NCBI RefSeq assembly: GCF_963921235.1
Contig: NC_086108.1
Coordinates: 4,278,001-4,342,000 of the forward strand
Reading direction: 5' to 3'
DNA from: Mobula hypostoma
Taxonomy: Eukaryota
Length of the DNA stretch: 64,000 nucleotides
Shown: positions 1 to 11,392 of the stretch, one piece after another
How positions within the stretch are numbered: position 1 is the stretch's first letter
How the letters are laid out: the number at the start of each line of letters is the position of its first letter
Position numbers and translations under genes: made by a program
Notes under the pieces: model-generated
Databases searched by the model: none
Seen by the model: only the letters and a program-made list of their open reading frames with translations
Told to the model about the DNA's origin: nothing

Positions 1-9
1 TGCAGAGTG

Positions 10-256
10 GGCCCTTCCAGCCCTTCACCCCACGCCAGCCAGCAATCCCCTGATTTAACCCGCTAATCACGGGACAATGACCAATTAACCTACAAACCAG
101 TACGTCTTTAGACTGTGGGAGGAAACCAGAGCACCCGGAGGAAACCCACACGGTCACGTGGAGCATGTACAAACTCCTGACAGGCAGTGGCGGGATTTTG
201 AATCCAGGGTCTCCTGTACTGTGAAGCGTTGTGCTAACCACTACGTTACCGCGCCA
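10..256 (-). mobile_element. tRNA-derived V-SINE (HE1-like)
   Basis: Reverse complement shows a tRNA-like head (A box GTAACGTAGTGG) followed by the V-domain ...GTGGGTTTCCTCCGGGTGCTCTGGTTTCCTCCCACAGTCTAAAGACGTAC... Confidence 0.75.
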
Positions 257-639
257 CCCCAAGGTTTTATTGAAACCTACTGAAAGACCTGGACAGAGTA
301 GGCATGGAGAAAAGATTTCCATTGGGAGGAGAGTCTAGGATCTGAGGGCACAATCCACTGGCAGGTGAGACTGGAACTGAGCGACATGGTGTTGAGATTG
401 GGGGGAGTAGGTTTAGGATGGAGATAAGGAGGAACTGCTTTTCCCAGAGTAATCAGTCCATGGAACTCTCCATCCAGGGAAGCTGGACAGTCCTCGCAGT
501 GGGTTGTGTACAAAGCTAGGTAGGCAGTTAGAAACACCTTCTCAAAAATCAGAGAGTCAGAAGCTTCCTTCAGAGTTTTTAAATGAGAAAACTTTGTGAA
601 AAGATACTTTTTCAAGAGCAAATGCCTCCAAAAGAACCA

Positions 640-1090
640 TTACCTTGTCTTTGGGTTTGGAGTCTTGTGTGCCTCAATGACCCAGAGCACTATGTTGGCT
701 GGAGTCGGGGCCTTGTGCTTTGGCTCTTGGTAGGGTCACCCATGCCAAACAGGTCAAAGGGTAGAGGCCAGACTCAGAGTGCTCACCTGTCCTCCAAGTT
801 CGAGGGTTCAGCTCAGGGCCAACAACCCTGACTGGTCAAACAAAAACAATTGTTGCAGAAACAGCAACGAAGAATCCTGTATCTGCATGTGACAGTATTC
901 CTGAATCTCTTCCCAGGATATGCATGACTGACAATAGAGAAAACCGAGAGGAAGCTACTGGCGTGATGAAAGAAGGCCTGAACACCAGCCCTAAACTACA
1001 TGGGTCACAATAAAGATGGCCAAGGCCGGACAGAGATGGAGGGCAGTCGTTTCTGCCCTGAACACCAACAGTGTAGCAGGCAGTTATTAA
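640..1090 (+). mobile_element. Non-autonomous bipartite RTE-derived element (RTE-like 5' UTR joined to RTE 3' end)
   Basis: 5' part has GGGTTCAGCTCAGGGCCAACAACCCTG, typical of RTE 5' UTRs; 3' part translates TWVTIKMAKAGQRWRAVVSAL, like RTE ORF C-termini; related copies at 25630-26210. Confidence 0.6.
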
Positions 1091-1464
1091 AGGGCAAATG
1101 AGTGAATAGAGATGGATGTCTTTCTACTGTGTCTGCTTCAAGTCGAAATCTGAATTAACCTGCGCAGGAAATGATGTAAAAAAAACAGCTTTCGAACAGA
1201 AAATGATGTTGGTACAAAACAAACAGCTGCCTCTAGGGGCAGAACAAAAGCAGTGGAGGTTACCTCATTAAATATATTCAAAAGTTAGTCAGATTTGTTT
1301 TTTTTTTGCATACAAGGGGAATTGAGGGTTTTGAGGAAGGTGGGGCTGGGTCCATGGACAGATCAGCTATGACCTTATTGAATGGCAGGAGAAGGACAAG
1401 ATGGCTGAATCCTGCACCTGTTTCGTCTGTTCACAGCCTCAGAAGAAAAGAATGGCCTTTTCTC

Positions 1465-1998
1465 ACTGGTCGCCCCGCTATAGGAAGGATGTTGAGGCTT
1501 TGCTGAGGGTCCAGAAGAGGTTTACCAGGAGGCTGCCTGGTTTGGAGGGCATGTGCTATCACGAGAGGCTGGATAAACTTGGGTTGTTTTCTCTGGAGCA
1601 GCAGAGGCTGTGGGGAGATCTGATAGAGGTTTATACGATTACGAGAGGCAGATCGAGTGGACAGAGAGTATCTCTCTCCCAAGGTTGACATATCTAATAC
1701 CAGAGGGCATGCATTGAGGGTGAGAGGGGATAGGTTGAAGGAGGATGTGAGGAGTAAGTTTTTTACTCAGTGAGTGGTGGATGCCTGGAATGTGCTGCCT
1801 GGTCTGGTGGTAGAGGCAAATACATTAGAGGCTTTTAAGAGACATTTCGATAGGAACGTGAATGTGAGGAAGATGGAGGGATAGGGACATGGTGTAGGGA
1901 GGAGGGATTGGTGTTTGGGTGTTTTATATTTTACCTGTTTTGGCACAACATTGTGGGCCGAATGGCCTGTTCCTGGGCTGTACTCTTCTATGTTCTAT
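1465..1998 (+). mobile_element. CR1 LINE 3' fragment
   Basis: WSPRYRKDVEAL.RVQKRFTR.LPGL..LGLFSLEQQRL.GDLIEVY, 3' UTR hairpin region and TATGTTC-type tail. Confidence 0.9.
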
Positions 1999-2039
1999 GA
2001 GGAGAAATTTCTTCAGCCATCTTCAAGCCTTCACCAGTA

Positions 2040-2235
2040 CCCTGGGGTCTACTTATAGTGGGCAGTTACCCTAGCAACCTTCAGCATGTGGGGGGAAACT
2101 GGAGCACCCAGGAAACCCACCAAGTCACAAGGAGAGTGTACGGTCTGCACTGTAGCTCTAGAGTTTGCGATCGAACCCAGGTCCTCTGGAGCCGTGAGAC
2201 CGGTGTTCTACCCGCTGCGCCGTTGCGCTGCTCTG
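2040..2235 (-). mobile_element. V-SINE, degraded
   Basis: ggaaactggagcacccaggaaacccac V-domain (reverse) and cgaaccc B-box complement. Confidence 0.6.
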
Positions 2236-2324
2236 CGTTCCGTGAATGGATGAAGGTGGGCAGGGGAGAGGGGTTAATATGGTCGGAGGGTGGACACCTG
2301 ACCCGTGTTGTGTTTGCCCCACAG

Positions 2325-2615
2325 GTGAGACGGTAGTGGGCAGTCCTGCCGCAGGATCGGCAGCCCCCGCGCCCGGCAGCGCCTCGCCCCCTCAGGGGGC
2401 AGCCTCGCCCGTGGACAAGAGCGAGTCGAACCCCCAGCACGCCATCCCCCGAAGGCACGCGCCGCTGGAGCAGCTGGTGAGGCAGGGCTCCTTCCGCGGG
2501 TTCCCCGCCCTCAGCCAGAAGAACTCACCCTTCAAGCGGCAGCTCTCCCTCCGCCTCAACGAGCTTCCCTCCACCCTGCAGAGGAAGACGGCCGAGTTCG
2601 AAGTCAAGAGCCCAG
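2325..2615 (+). CDS. numbl: Numb-like protein internal exon (region after the PTB domain, with RQGS and RQLS phospho-motifs)
   Basis: HAIPRRHAPLEQLVRQGSFRGFPALSQKNSPFKRQLSLRLNELPSTLQRK; branch-like ctgac at 2298, acceptor ccccacag ending 2324, donor cag|gtgaga at 2616; 291 nt, phase 1-1. LEQLV, KNSP, RLNE and STLQ favour NUMBL over NUMB. Confidence 0.9.
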
Positions 2616-2969
2616 GTGAGAAGCCCATCTGGATAGTCCTAAAGGGGCAGGTGGGGGCCTCATCAAAAGTATCTCAGGAAGGCTTTAGAAAGGGTGCTGA
2701 GGAGCATATAGTTGGCAAAGAAGGCATTCCTTCAGTTGTCTGAGGCATTGGTTCTACGAGTGACCTTGGACCCCATGTCAGAGGAAAGATCTACTGGCCC
2801 AGGAGAGGGTCCAGAGGACGTTAATAAGAGTGAAAGCCTTAACGTACAAGGAGTGTTTGATATCTTTGAGCCTGTTCTTGCTGGAGTTCAAAAAGATAAG
2901 GAAGGGGTAGGGGCCTCATTGGAACCTACCGAATATTGGAAGGTCCAGGTACCATGGGCAGGGAGAGAC

Positions 2970-3480
2970 TAGGATTTCCAGAATAGAGGGAAATCCGTTT
3001 GGAATGGAGATGAGGAGGAATTTCTTGAGCTGGAAAGTGGTGAATCTGTGGAATTCATTACCACAGGTGGCTGTGGAGCCAAGTCATTGGGTGTATTTAG
3101 AGCAGAGATTGGTAGTTTTTGATAACTGTTATGGGCAGAAGATGGGAGAATAGGGTCAAAAGACAAAAAGTCAGCTACAATTGGGCTGAAAGGCCTGTTC
3201 CTGCTCCCATCCTATGGTTTTAGGACGTCGTTCTGCAGCTGTATAAAACTTTGGTAAGGCCCCACTTGGAGTATCGTGTGCAATTCCGATTGCCCTAATA
3301 CAGGATGGATATGGAGACCTTGGAAAGGGATTTGCCAGGATACTGCCTGGATTTGAAGAGGTTGCACAGACCAGCGTCGTTCTCTCTGACGCACCGAAGA
3401 CCAAGGGGCGAGCTGATAGAGGTTAGAGACGCCTAGATGGAGTGCACAGTAAAATCTGTCCTTCCCCAGGATAGAATTGT
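2970..3480 (+). mobile_element. Degraded CR1 3' fragments
   Basis: gagatgaggaggaatttctt..gtggtgaatctgtggaattc and ctgtataaaactttggtaaggccccacttggagtat CR1 motifs. Confidence 0.75.
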
Positions 3481-3504
3481 TGATTACCAGAAAGCATACA
3501 GTAA

Positions 3505-3725
3505 ATTGCGCCCTGCCACCCAGCACCTCACTGATTTAACCCTAGTCTGATCACAGCACAATTTACCATGACCAGTTAGCCTACAAACCGGTACACCTCT
3601 GGACCATGGGGGAAACTGGAGCTCCCATGCACAGAAAGTACAAAATGTACAAATTTGCTTGACGAAGGAGGCCAGAACTGAACCTGAGCTGTAATAGGGT
3701 CGCATTAACCACTACCCTACTGAGG
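3505..3725 (-). mobile_element. V-SINE
   Basis: Reverse V-domain ggaaactggagctcc..gtacaaatttgct. Confidence 0.6.
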
Positions 3726-3872
3726 TACCCAAACCCATATCTTCCACTGCAAGGAAAAAAGTCACCTTCCCCTCTCCCCACCCCTTCCAATGTCCAGTTA
3801 TTCTGCCTGATCTTCTACCTGGTGGCAGGGGGAGAAAGAGAATGGCCAAGGTGGGAGGGGGTCATGGAAGGT

Positions 3873-4088
3873 AGAACATAGAACTCTACAGTCAGTACAG
3901 GCCCTTTAATCCACGATGTTATGCAAATTTTTAATCTATTCCAAGATAGGAGCCCTTCCCTCCTACAAAGCCCTCCATTTTCCTATCATTCATGTGCCCA
4001 TCTGAGAGTCTCTTAAACACCCCTGATGTATCTGCCTCCATCACCACCCCTGGAAGGGCTTTCCATGCACCCACCACTCTCTGCGTAA
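3873..4088 (-). mobile_element. CR1 3' tail
   Basis: agaacatagaa tail and ttccatgcacccaccactctctgcgtaaaa (antisense of FTQRVVGAW). Confidence 0.75.
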
Positions 4089-4109
4089 AATATACTGATT
4101 ATTTTTATT

Positions 4110-5010
4110 CTATTTAGAGATACAACCTTGAGTAGTCTCTTCTAGCCCTTCGATCCACACTGTCCCGCAAATCCCAACAATACCGTGAGGAATTCTTCCT
4201 AGAGGTGCTGCCTGGCCTGCTGCGTTCACCAGCAACTTTGACGTGTGTTGCTTGAATTTCCAGCACCTGCAGATCTCCTCGTGTTTGAGGAAACTTCACT
4301 CAGGTTGTGGAATGAGCTGCCTGTCAGCACAAGTGGTGCGTGCGAGCTCGATGTCAACGTTTAGGAGAAGTTTGCACGGGTACATGGATGTTAGGGCATG
4401 GAGGGCCATGGTCCTGGTGCAGGTCGATGAGAGTAGGCAGTTTAAATGGTTGGGCAATGGGCCGAAGGGCCTGTTTCTGTCCTGTACTTTTCTGTGACTC
4501 TATTACAACACAGTGGTGTATTGGTTAGCACAACACTCTATAGTACCAGTGATCCGGGTTCGGTCCCACTGCTGCCTGTAAGGAGTTTGTATGTTTCTCC
4601 CCGTGACCGTGTGGGTTTCCTGCGGGTGCTCCGGGTTCCTCCACAGTTGAAAGATGTACTGGTTGGTAGGTTAATTGGTCAATGTAAGTTGTCCCGTGAC
4701 TGGGCTCGGGTTAAATTAGGGGATTGCTGGGCGGGGCGATGCAAAGGACTGGAAGGGCCTGTTCTGCATTGTATCACAATAAATAAATAACCCTAATTTA
4801 AACCTGGCTAATCATTTAAAAATGACCAATTAACCTATCCAATACATCTTTGGACTGTGGGAGGAAGCCAGAGCACCCCGGGGAAACACGCGCGCCCCGG
4901 GGAAACCCGTGCGTTCCCCGGGGAGGACGTACAGACTCCTCACAGAGGGCAGCTGAATTGAACTGCGAACTCCATCAGCCCCAGGTGTAACAGGGTGGCG
5001 CTGATTACAT
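4110..5010. mobile_element. Nested cluster: minus V-SINE split by a Penelope-like tail (4192-4287), a CR1 tail (4290-4500) and a plus V-SINE (4510-4790)
   Basis: Each segment matches other copies in the window; the plus V-SINE has A/B boxes, the V-domain and a (TAAA)n tail. Confidence 0.65.
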
Positions 5011-5578
5011 TGACTGCTCTCCTAAGGCAGTGGGTACTTTACAGAAATATGCCTTTTGAGTTTCATACTCTGTGTTTTTGCTCGGTTATTTTCTGTTGTT
5101 GTTCGCGTGGTTTTTTTCACCTAGAGGAGGGGAGATTGATCTCTGATCTTTCTCATTGAACGGCTTGGTTCCATGGTGGCTGTCTATGGGGAGACGAATC
5201 TCAGGGTTATATATTGCATACATAGTTTGATAATAAACATTCTTTGAACTTTGAAATTATTGGATTAAAGAGTAGACACAGTAAGTGGGGACAGCAGGCT
5301 AAGTTTACGTGACAGATGGGGCTGTGTCTGCAGCTCTACGATTTCTTCTCCTGAGCAGAGTAGTTGCTGTACCAAGGTGTGGTCCTCCCCGGCAGGATGG
5401 CTGGTGTGTTCTGTAAGAATCGGTGAGGGTCGTCCAGCGCCGATGGGAAGTTATTTGCTCTGTCCGAGTAGGAGAGGAGTTTAGGGCAGGTGATGCTCAG
5501 GACGATTCCGGTGGGACTGGATTGGGGTGTGCAGCGGTACTGACCTTTGACCGTTTCTGGTTTGCCCTCTCACCCCAG

Positions 5579-5746
5579 TGCCGGAGTTTGACTCGTCCCC
5601 CAGCAACGAAGCGGGCAACGTGGAGCCCCTCTGCCTCCAGGGTAACGCAGCCGTCCACAAGCCCCTCGCCGATCCGTTCTCCAGCACGCCGGCCAGCTGC
5701 CTGGTCACTACGGGTGTTGCCACGCCACCCCCACACGCACCGCAGG
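5579..5746 (+). CDS. numbl: Numb-like protein internal exon
   Basis: Acceptor ccctctcaccccag, donor g|gtaagt at 5747; 168 nt, phase 1-1; (V)PEFDS..EPLCLQ..DPFSSTP..PQG resembles NUMB VPEVE..SLCSQ..DPFSSAP..FQ. Confidence 0.88.
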
Positions 5747-5869
5747 GTAAGTGCCTGGTGGGGGTTGAGGGGGAGGCAGGGGTGGAGCTGGGAGCACTCC
5801 TGGAGCGTACCTGGGCCCGTTTCTGTACGGTGTGCTGCGTCTTCGTGGAACTTCTTGCAGAAGTGATGG

Positions 5870-6760
5870 AAACAGGGTTGGTTTATTACCACTGACAGAT
5901 GTCGTTAAATTCGTTGTTTCATGCCAGCTGTACAACATAATACATAAAATATACTATAAGTTGCAATATTATATTAAAAAATGAAATTAGTGGTGCAAGA
6001 AGAAAGCAAAAACAGTGAAGTAGTGCTCACGGTTTCGTGAACCTTTCAGCAATCTGACGGCAGAGGGGAAGAGACTGTTCCTGAAACATTGAGTGTGTGT
6101 CTTCAGGTTCCTGTACCTCCTCCCTGATGGGAGTAACAAGAAGAGGGCATGTTCTGGGTGGTGGGGGTCCTTAATGATGGATTTTATCAGGCATCATCTT
6201 TTGAAGATGTTCTTGGTGGTGGGGAAGCTAGTGAAGATGACTGGGTTATCTGAGCTTACAACACTGCAGGCTTTTCTGATCCTGTGCAATGACCGCCCCC
6301 CGCCTCTTAGCAGATGGCGACCAGCCAGTCAGAATGCTCTCCCCAGTATGTAGAGCAGGGATTCCCATCCTTATCTATGCCATTAACCGAGGGGTCCGTA
6401 GATCCTGGGTAGGGAACTGTTGATCGAAAGGAATTTGCAAGTGTCTTCGGTGACAAACCAAATGCCCTCAAACTCCTAGTGAAATATAGCCGCTGGCGTG
6501 CTGCTTTGTAGCTGCTGTTGGGCCAAGGATAGATCTTCAGAGATGTTGACACCCTGCTCACCCTTTCCACTACCGATCCCTCGATGAGGACTGATGTGTG
6601 CTCCCTCCACTTCCCCTTCCTGAAGTTTACAATCAGTTCCTTGGTCTTACTGACACTGAGTGCAGGGTTGTTGTTGCAACCCCACTCAACCAGCTGATCT
6701 GTCTCGCTCCTGTGTGCCCTCTCGTCACCATCTGAGATTCTGCTGACAGTAGTGCTCCAC
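5870..6760 (-). mobile_element. Rex1/Babar-clade LINE 3' fragment with a small hAT MITE remnant inside (about 6355-6420)
   Basis: LVEW..NN.ALSVSKTKELIVNFRK..VERV..KAARQRLYF.RSLRAFGLSPKTL and LPSGRRYR motifs. Confidence 0.8.
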
Positions 6761-7024
6761 GCCCTCCAGGTATCGAGCTTGTAGATCAGAGAGTGCCAGC
6801 TGCAGGCAGAGAATAGAAGGCAGGTGGGAGGCTCATCGGGAACAGAGAACACAGTATAGCCCACAGCGTCCATGCCAAATAGTTTCTGCCTGCATATCCC
6901 CCCATTCGCTACATATTCACCTGTATATAACTGCCAGTATTGTAACTGCTTCTACCACAATCCCTGGCAACCAGTTCTGAGCATCCACCGCTCTCTGTGT
7001 AAAAACACTACCTCGCTATTTACA

Positions 7025-7385
7025 ATACAAGAGCAACACCTTATTTTCCTTCTGGGCAGCCTGCAATCTGATGGCATGAATATCGATTTCTTCTTCTGGT
7101 AAAGAAAATTTCCCTCCCCCTCCTCTCTACTTCTATTCCCCACTCTGGCCTCTTACCTCTTCTCTCCTGCCTATCACCTCCCCCTGGGTCCACCCTCCTT
7201 CCCTTTCTCCTCTGGTCCACTCTCCTCTCCTATCAGATTCCTTCCTCTCCAGCCCTTTACCTTTCCCACCCACCTGGCTTCACCCATCACCTTCTCACTA
7301 TCCTCCTTCCCTTCCCCCTTTCTTTTTATTCTGGTGTCTTCCCCTTCCTTTCCAGTCTGATGAAGGGTCTCGGCCCAAAACATCT
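7025..7385 (+). mobile_element. Penelope-like element 3' end (GIY-YIG C-terminus and pseudo-LTR)
   Basis: EQHLIFLLGSLQSDGMNIDF, pyrimidine-rich tract, degenerate hammerhead CTGATGAAGGGTCTCGGCCCAAAAC at 7357. Confidence 0.75.
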
Positions 7386-7750
7386 ACTCAGAAGGTCAGG
7401 TGGCATCTATCGAAATGAATCGATCGTTGACTTTTCAGGCTGGAAGGTGACAGGTGAAGCCAGATGGTGGGAAAGGTAAAGGGCTGGCAAGGAAGGAATC
7501 TGATAGGAGAGGAGAGTGGACCAGAGGAGAAAGGGAAGGAGGGTGGACCCAGGGGGAGGTGATAGGCAGGTGAGAAGAAGTGGAAGGTCAGTGCAAATAA
7601 AGGAAAGACTGTGGGGTGGAAGTTTGTTTACCGGAAGGAGAAATCGATAGGTATGCTATCGGGTTGGAGTTACTCAGATGGAATACAAGGTGTTTGCTGC
7701 TCCATCCTGAGGCTGGCCTCTTCTTGGCACAAGAGGAGGACCTGGATCAA
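7386..7750 (-). mobile_element. Penelope-like element, inverted second copy
   Basis: Reverse complement of much of 7030-7300, e.g. ggaatctgataggagaggagagtggaccagaggagaaagggaaggagggtggacccagggggaggtgatagg. Confidence 0.75.
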
Positions 7751-8123
7751 CGCTTTGAAATTTATTTCAAATGCCCGATTCTGATCCTAAAGCTTATGCC
7801 ACACATTTCAAAGATGAATATTATTGCATTTGTCACACGTACATCGAAGCATACAGTGAAATGTGTCATCTTGCGTCAACAAACAACACGGTCGGAGATG
7901 GTGCTGGGGGCAGCCTGCTAGTATTGCTATGCTTCAGACACCCACGTCGCAAGCCCATGACTCCCTGACCCTAACCCGAGCGCCTTTGGAACGTGGGAGG
8001 AAGGCCACGTGGTCATGGGGACAAAGCATGAGCTCCTTCTGTACAGCGGTGGGAATTGAAGCCAGTTTGTGCTGCTGTAAAGTATTACACTAACCTCTGT
8101 ACTACTGTGACACTCTTATAAGA

Positions 8124-8205
8124 CAGGGGTTCCCAACCCGGGCTCCACAGACCCCTGGCTTAATAGTATTGGTCCCTGGCATCAAAAAGCTTGTGAAGTC
8201 TTGTC
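8124..8205. mobile_element. hAT-type MITE, degraded
   Basis: Starts CAGGGGTTCCCAACC; same family as 45625-45704 in the opposite orientation. Confidence 0.5.
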
Positions 8206-8209
8206 TTAA

Positions 8210-8550
8210 GCATTGCTACCATCAGGGAGGAGGTACAGGAGCCTCAACACACACACTCAACATTTTAGGAACAGTTTCTTCCCCTCTGCCATCTGATTTC
8301 TGAGTGGACATTGAACCCAGGGACACTACCTCACTGCTTCTGTTTTCTCTCTCTTTTTTTGTTGCTCTCTTTTGCTCTACTATTACATACCGTACTGTGC
8401 TGTACAGAAGTCTTGGGCACAGATATATAAGCTCAGGAGCCTGAGACTTTTGCATAGAAACCATAGTAATTTTATGTATTGCATCGTACTGCTGCCACTA
8501 AAAGTACAATTTTCATGACGTATGTGAGTGGTGATAAACCTGATTCTGAT
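8210..8550 (+). mobile_element. Rex1/Babar 3' end
   Basis: ctaccatcagggaggaggtacaggagcct (LPSGRRYRS) and ...taaacctgattctgat tail. Confidence 0.7.
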
Positions 8551-9136
8551 CTGGGTCTCTATTGAGGACTGAGAGTGGGAAGGGGGCAGGGAGAGGGGAA
8601 TCATGGTTGGGAAAAGGGGAAGGGAGAGGGGAGGGAGCGGGAAGCACCAGAGAGACATTCTGTAATGATCAATAAACCAATTATGTGGAATCAAATGACC
8701 TTGCCTGGTGTTTCAGGGCTGGGTGTGTCTGCACCCTCACCACCCCTCCCCTCACCCCAGCGTCCCTGCACCCCTCCTGATACATACACACAACACCTAA
8801 GACTTTTGCACAGTACAGTGTGACCTCTAGTATTTAACATTTCTACCCTGCGATAAAGGTTTTAACTACCGACCCTATCTACGACTTTCATAATCTTACT
8901 AACTCCTATCAGGACTTCCCACGGCCTCCAGCACCCCAGGGAAGACAACCCAAGTGTGCCCACCCTCTCCCTGGATTCTGACAGTCGAGCCTGTCTCTGT
9001 GTCTGATGACAGAGTTGAATGGGAAAAGCTGCAGCTCTGAAAGAGGCTCTTTGGCCCATAGACTCCATTCTGACCCTTCAGCATCCAGTTTACTCTCCCC
9101 ACATTCGTTCCAGATTTTAACACTCACTTTTACAGA

Positions 9137-9392
9137 GGCACAGTGGCGTAGTGGAAATGCTTTACAGTACCAGCGTCCTGGGTTCAATTCCCAGTGCTGC
9201 CTGTAAGAAGTTTGTACGTTCTCCCTGTGACTGTGTGGGTTTCCTCCGAGTGCTCTGGTTTCCTCCCACAGTCCAAAGATGTACCAGTTGGTAGGTTAAT
9301 TGGTCATTGTAAATTGTCCTGTGTGATTAGGCTGGGGTTAAATCGGGCGACTGCTGGGGAGGCGATTTGAAGAGCCAGAAAGGCCTGTTCTG
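9137..9392 (+). mobile_element. V-SINE with recognisable Pol III A and B boxes
   Basis: A box TGGCGTAGTGG, B box GGTTCAATTCC, full V-domain. Confidence 0.8.
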
Positions 9393-9393
9393 T

Positions 9394-9486
9394 CAACACA
9401 CACAAAATGCTGGTGAACGCAGCAGGCCAGGCAGCACCTATAGGAAGAGGTGCAGTCGACGTTTCGGACCAGGACCCTTCGTCAGG
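9394..9486 (-). mobile_element. Short Penelope-like terminal fragment beginning at a hammerhead core
   Basis: Reverse complement CCTGACGAAGGGTCCTGGTCCGAAACGTCGACTGCACCTCTTCC..GCTGCCTGGCCTGCTGCGTTCACCAGC. Confidence 0.75.
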
Positions 9487-10611
9487 CCTATTCTGTGTTG
9501 TATCTCGATACGTTATCTAGATAGCCAGATAGACAGATTAGCCAGGCAGACAGACTTTTGTTTAAAACTGCCAAGCTGCATGTCATTTTTGGGGGATGAG
9601 GAGGACTCTGGGGCAGCCACGTGGTCACGGGGAGAAGGTGCAACCTCCACACAGCCAGCACCAGAGAACGGCATCGAACCCGAATAAAATTGCAAACATG
9701 ATCACTTTGATTTATAACAAAGAAATGAACCCGTTTGGTAAATTGGCTTATTGTTGTCATACATATCGAGAAACTTGTGTTTGAAACCCTCCATACAGAT
9801 CATTTAACCACATCTGTGCACTGGGGGAGAACCAGGTGAAATGATCCAAAGTGCATTTATTATCAAAGTATGTATCCACTACACAACCCTGAGACTCATC
9901 TTCTCACAGACAGTCACAAAACACCAAGGAACCCATTCAAAGAATCAACATCAAACCCCCTTCCCTCCCCACGCCAAAAAAAAACAAATTGCCCCCCTAG
10001 CATGCAGAATAAAGTGTAACAGCGGGGGTGCAGACAATAAGGTGCAAGGTCACGATGAGTTCGATTGTGAGGCCAAGAGAATCCATTAACTATAGACCAG
10101 TTCTACGTTGATGGTGGGGAGAGTTTTAGGATGAGTCAGGAAAAGAATTCGCTATTAAGCATTGAGAATTTATTTATTTTTGCACTGTTTCAGACTTGCG
10201 CCATTCTTATTTTTTTGGTGCATCTATAGTTGGGCCAGCCTCCCCTCCACGGATTCGGTCTACACTTCTTGCTGCCAGCATTATTAAAGACCCCCATCCA
10301 CCCTGGACATTCTCTCTTCCCCCGCTCCCCTCGGACAGAAAGTACAGAATCCCACCAGGCTTGACAACGGTATCTATCCTGCAGTACAGTGACAGACTCC
10401 TAACTGCCTCAGTCAGGCACCCAGCAACAAAGGCTCCCCCTCTCCCCTCGGACAGAAGATACAAAAGCACGTGCCACCAGGCTCACGGATTGCTTCTCTC
10501 CCACTCTTCAACGGACCTCTAGTACAAGAAGATGGAGCTTGACTCACAATCTACCTCATTATTATCTTGCACTTATCGTTTACCTGCACTTCAGTAGCTT
10601 TTACACTTTAT

Positions 10612-11015
10612 AAAACCATAAGATATCGGAGCAGAATTTGCCCCATCGAGTCTGCTCCACCATTTCCTCATCACTTCCCTCTCAGCCCCAATTTCCTGCC
10701 TTCTCTCCATATCACTTCATGCCCTGACTAATCAGGAACCTATCAACCTCTGACTTAAATATACCCAATGACTCGGCCTCCACAGCTGCCTGTGGCAACG
10801 AATTCCACAGACTCACCACCCTCTGGCTAAAGAAACACCTCACCTCCGTTCTAAAGGGACATCCCTCTGTTTTGAAGCTGTGCCCTCTGGTCCTAGACTC
10901 CCCCACCGAAAGAAACGTCCTCTCCACATCCAGTGTATTTGGGCCCTTCAACATTCGACAGGTTTCAGTGAGATTCCCTTCTCATTCTTCGAAATTCCAG
11001 CGAGTACAGGGCTAG
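10612..11015 (-). mobile_element. CR1 3' fragment
   Basis: ORF 10712-10954: SRTRGHSFK..FFSQRVVSLWNSLPQAAVEA. Confidence 0.85.
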
Positions 11016-11119
11016 AGGTCAAAGTTTAACAGGCAACTTTGGCTGCAGGATTATTTTGAAAAGTGCATTTCAGAGTAAATTTCATTATCCAAATACATAT
11101 ATGTCACCATATAGGCATC

Positions 11120-11392
11120 CGTTAATCTCACGAGACCATGGATTTGCACCTTGGAAAGTTTCCAGGGTGCAGGCCTGGGCAAGGTTGTATTGAAGACCAG
11201 CAGTTGCCCACGCTGCAAGTCTCCTCTCTCCACGCCACCGATGTTGTCCAAGGGAAGGGCATTAGGACCCATACAGCTTGGCACCAGTGTCGTCGCAGAG
11301 CAATGTGTGGTTAAGTGCCTTGCTCAAGGACACAACACGCTGCCTCAGCCAAGGCTTGAACTAGCGACCTTCAAATCACTAGACGAATGCTT
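11120..11392 (-). mobile_element. tRNA-derived SINE with CORE-like domain
   Basis: Reverse complement has B box AGTTCAAGCC then GTGTCCTTGAGCAAGGCACTTAACC. Confidence 0.6.

Noticed and set aside
9137..9205. tRNA gene
   Set aside because: A and B boxes belong to a V-SINE head with no complete cloverleaf
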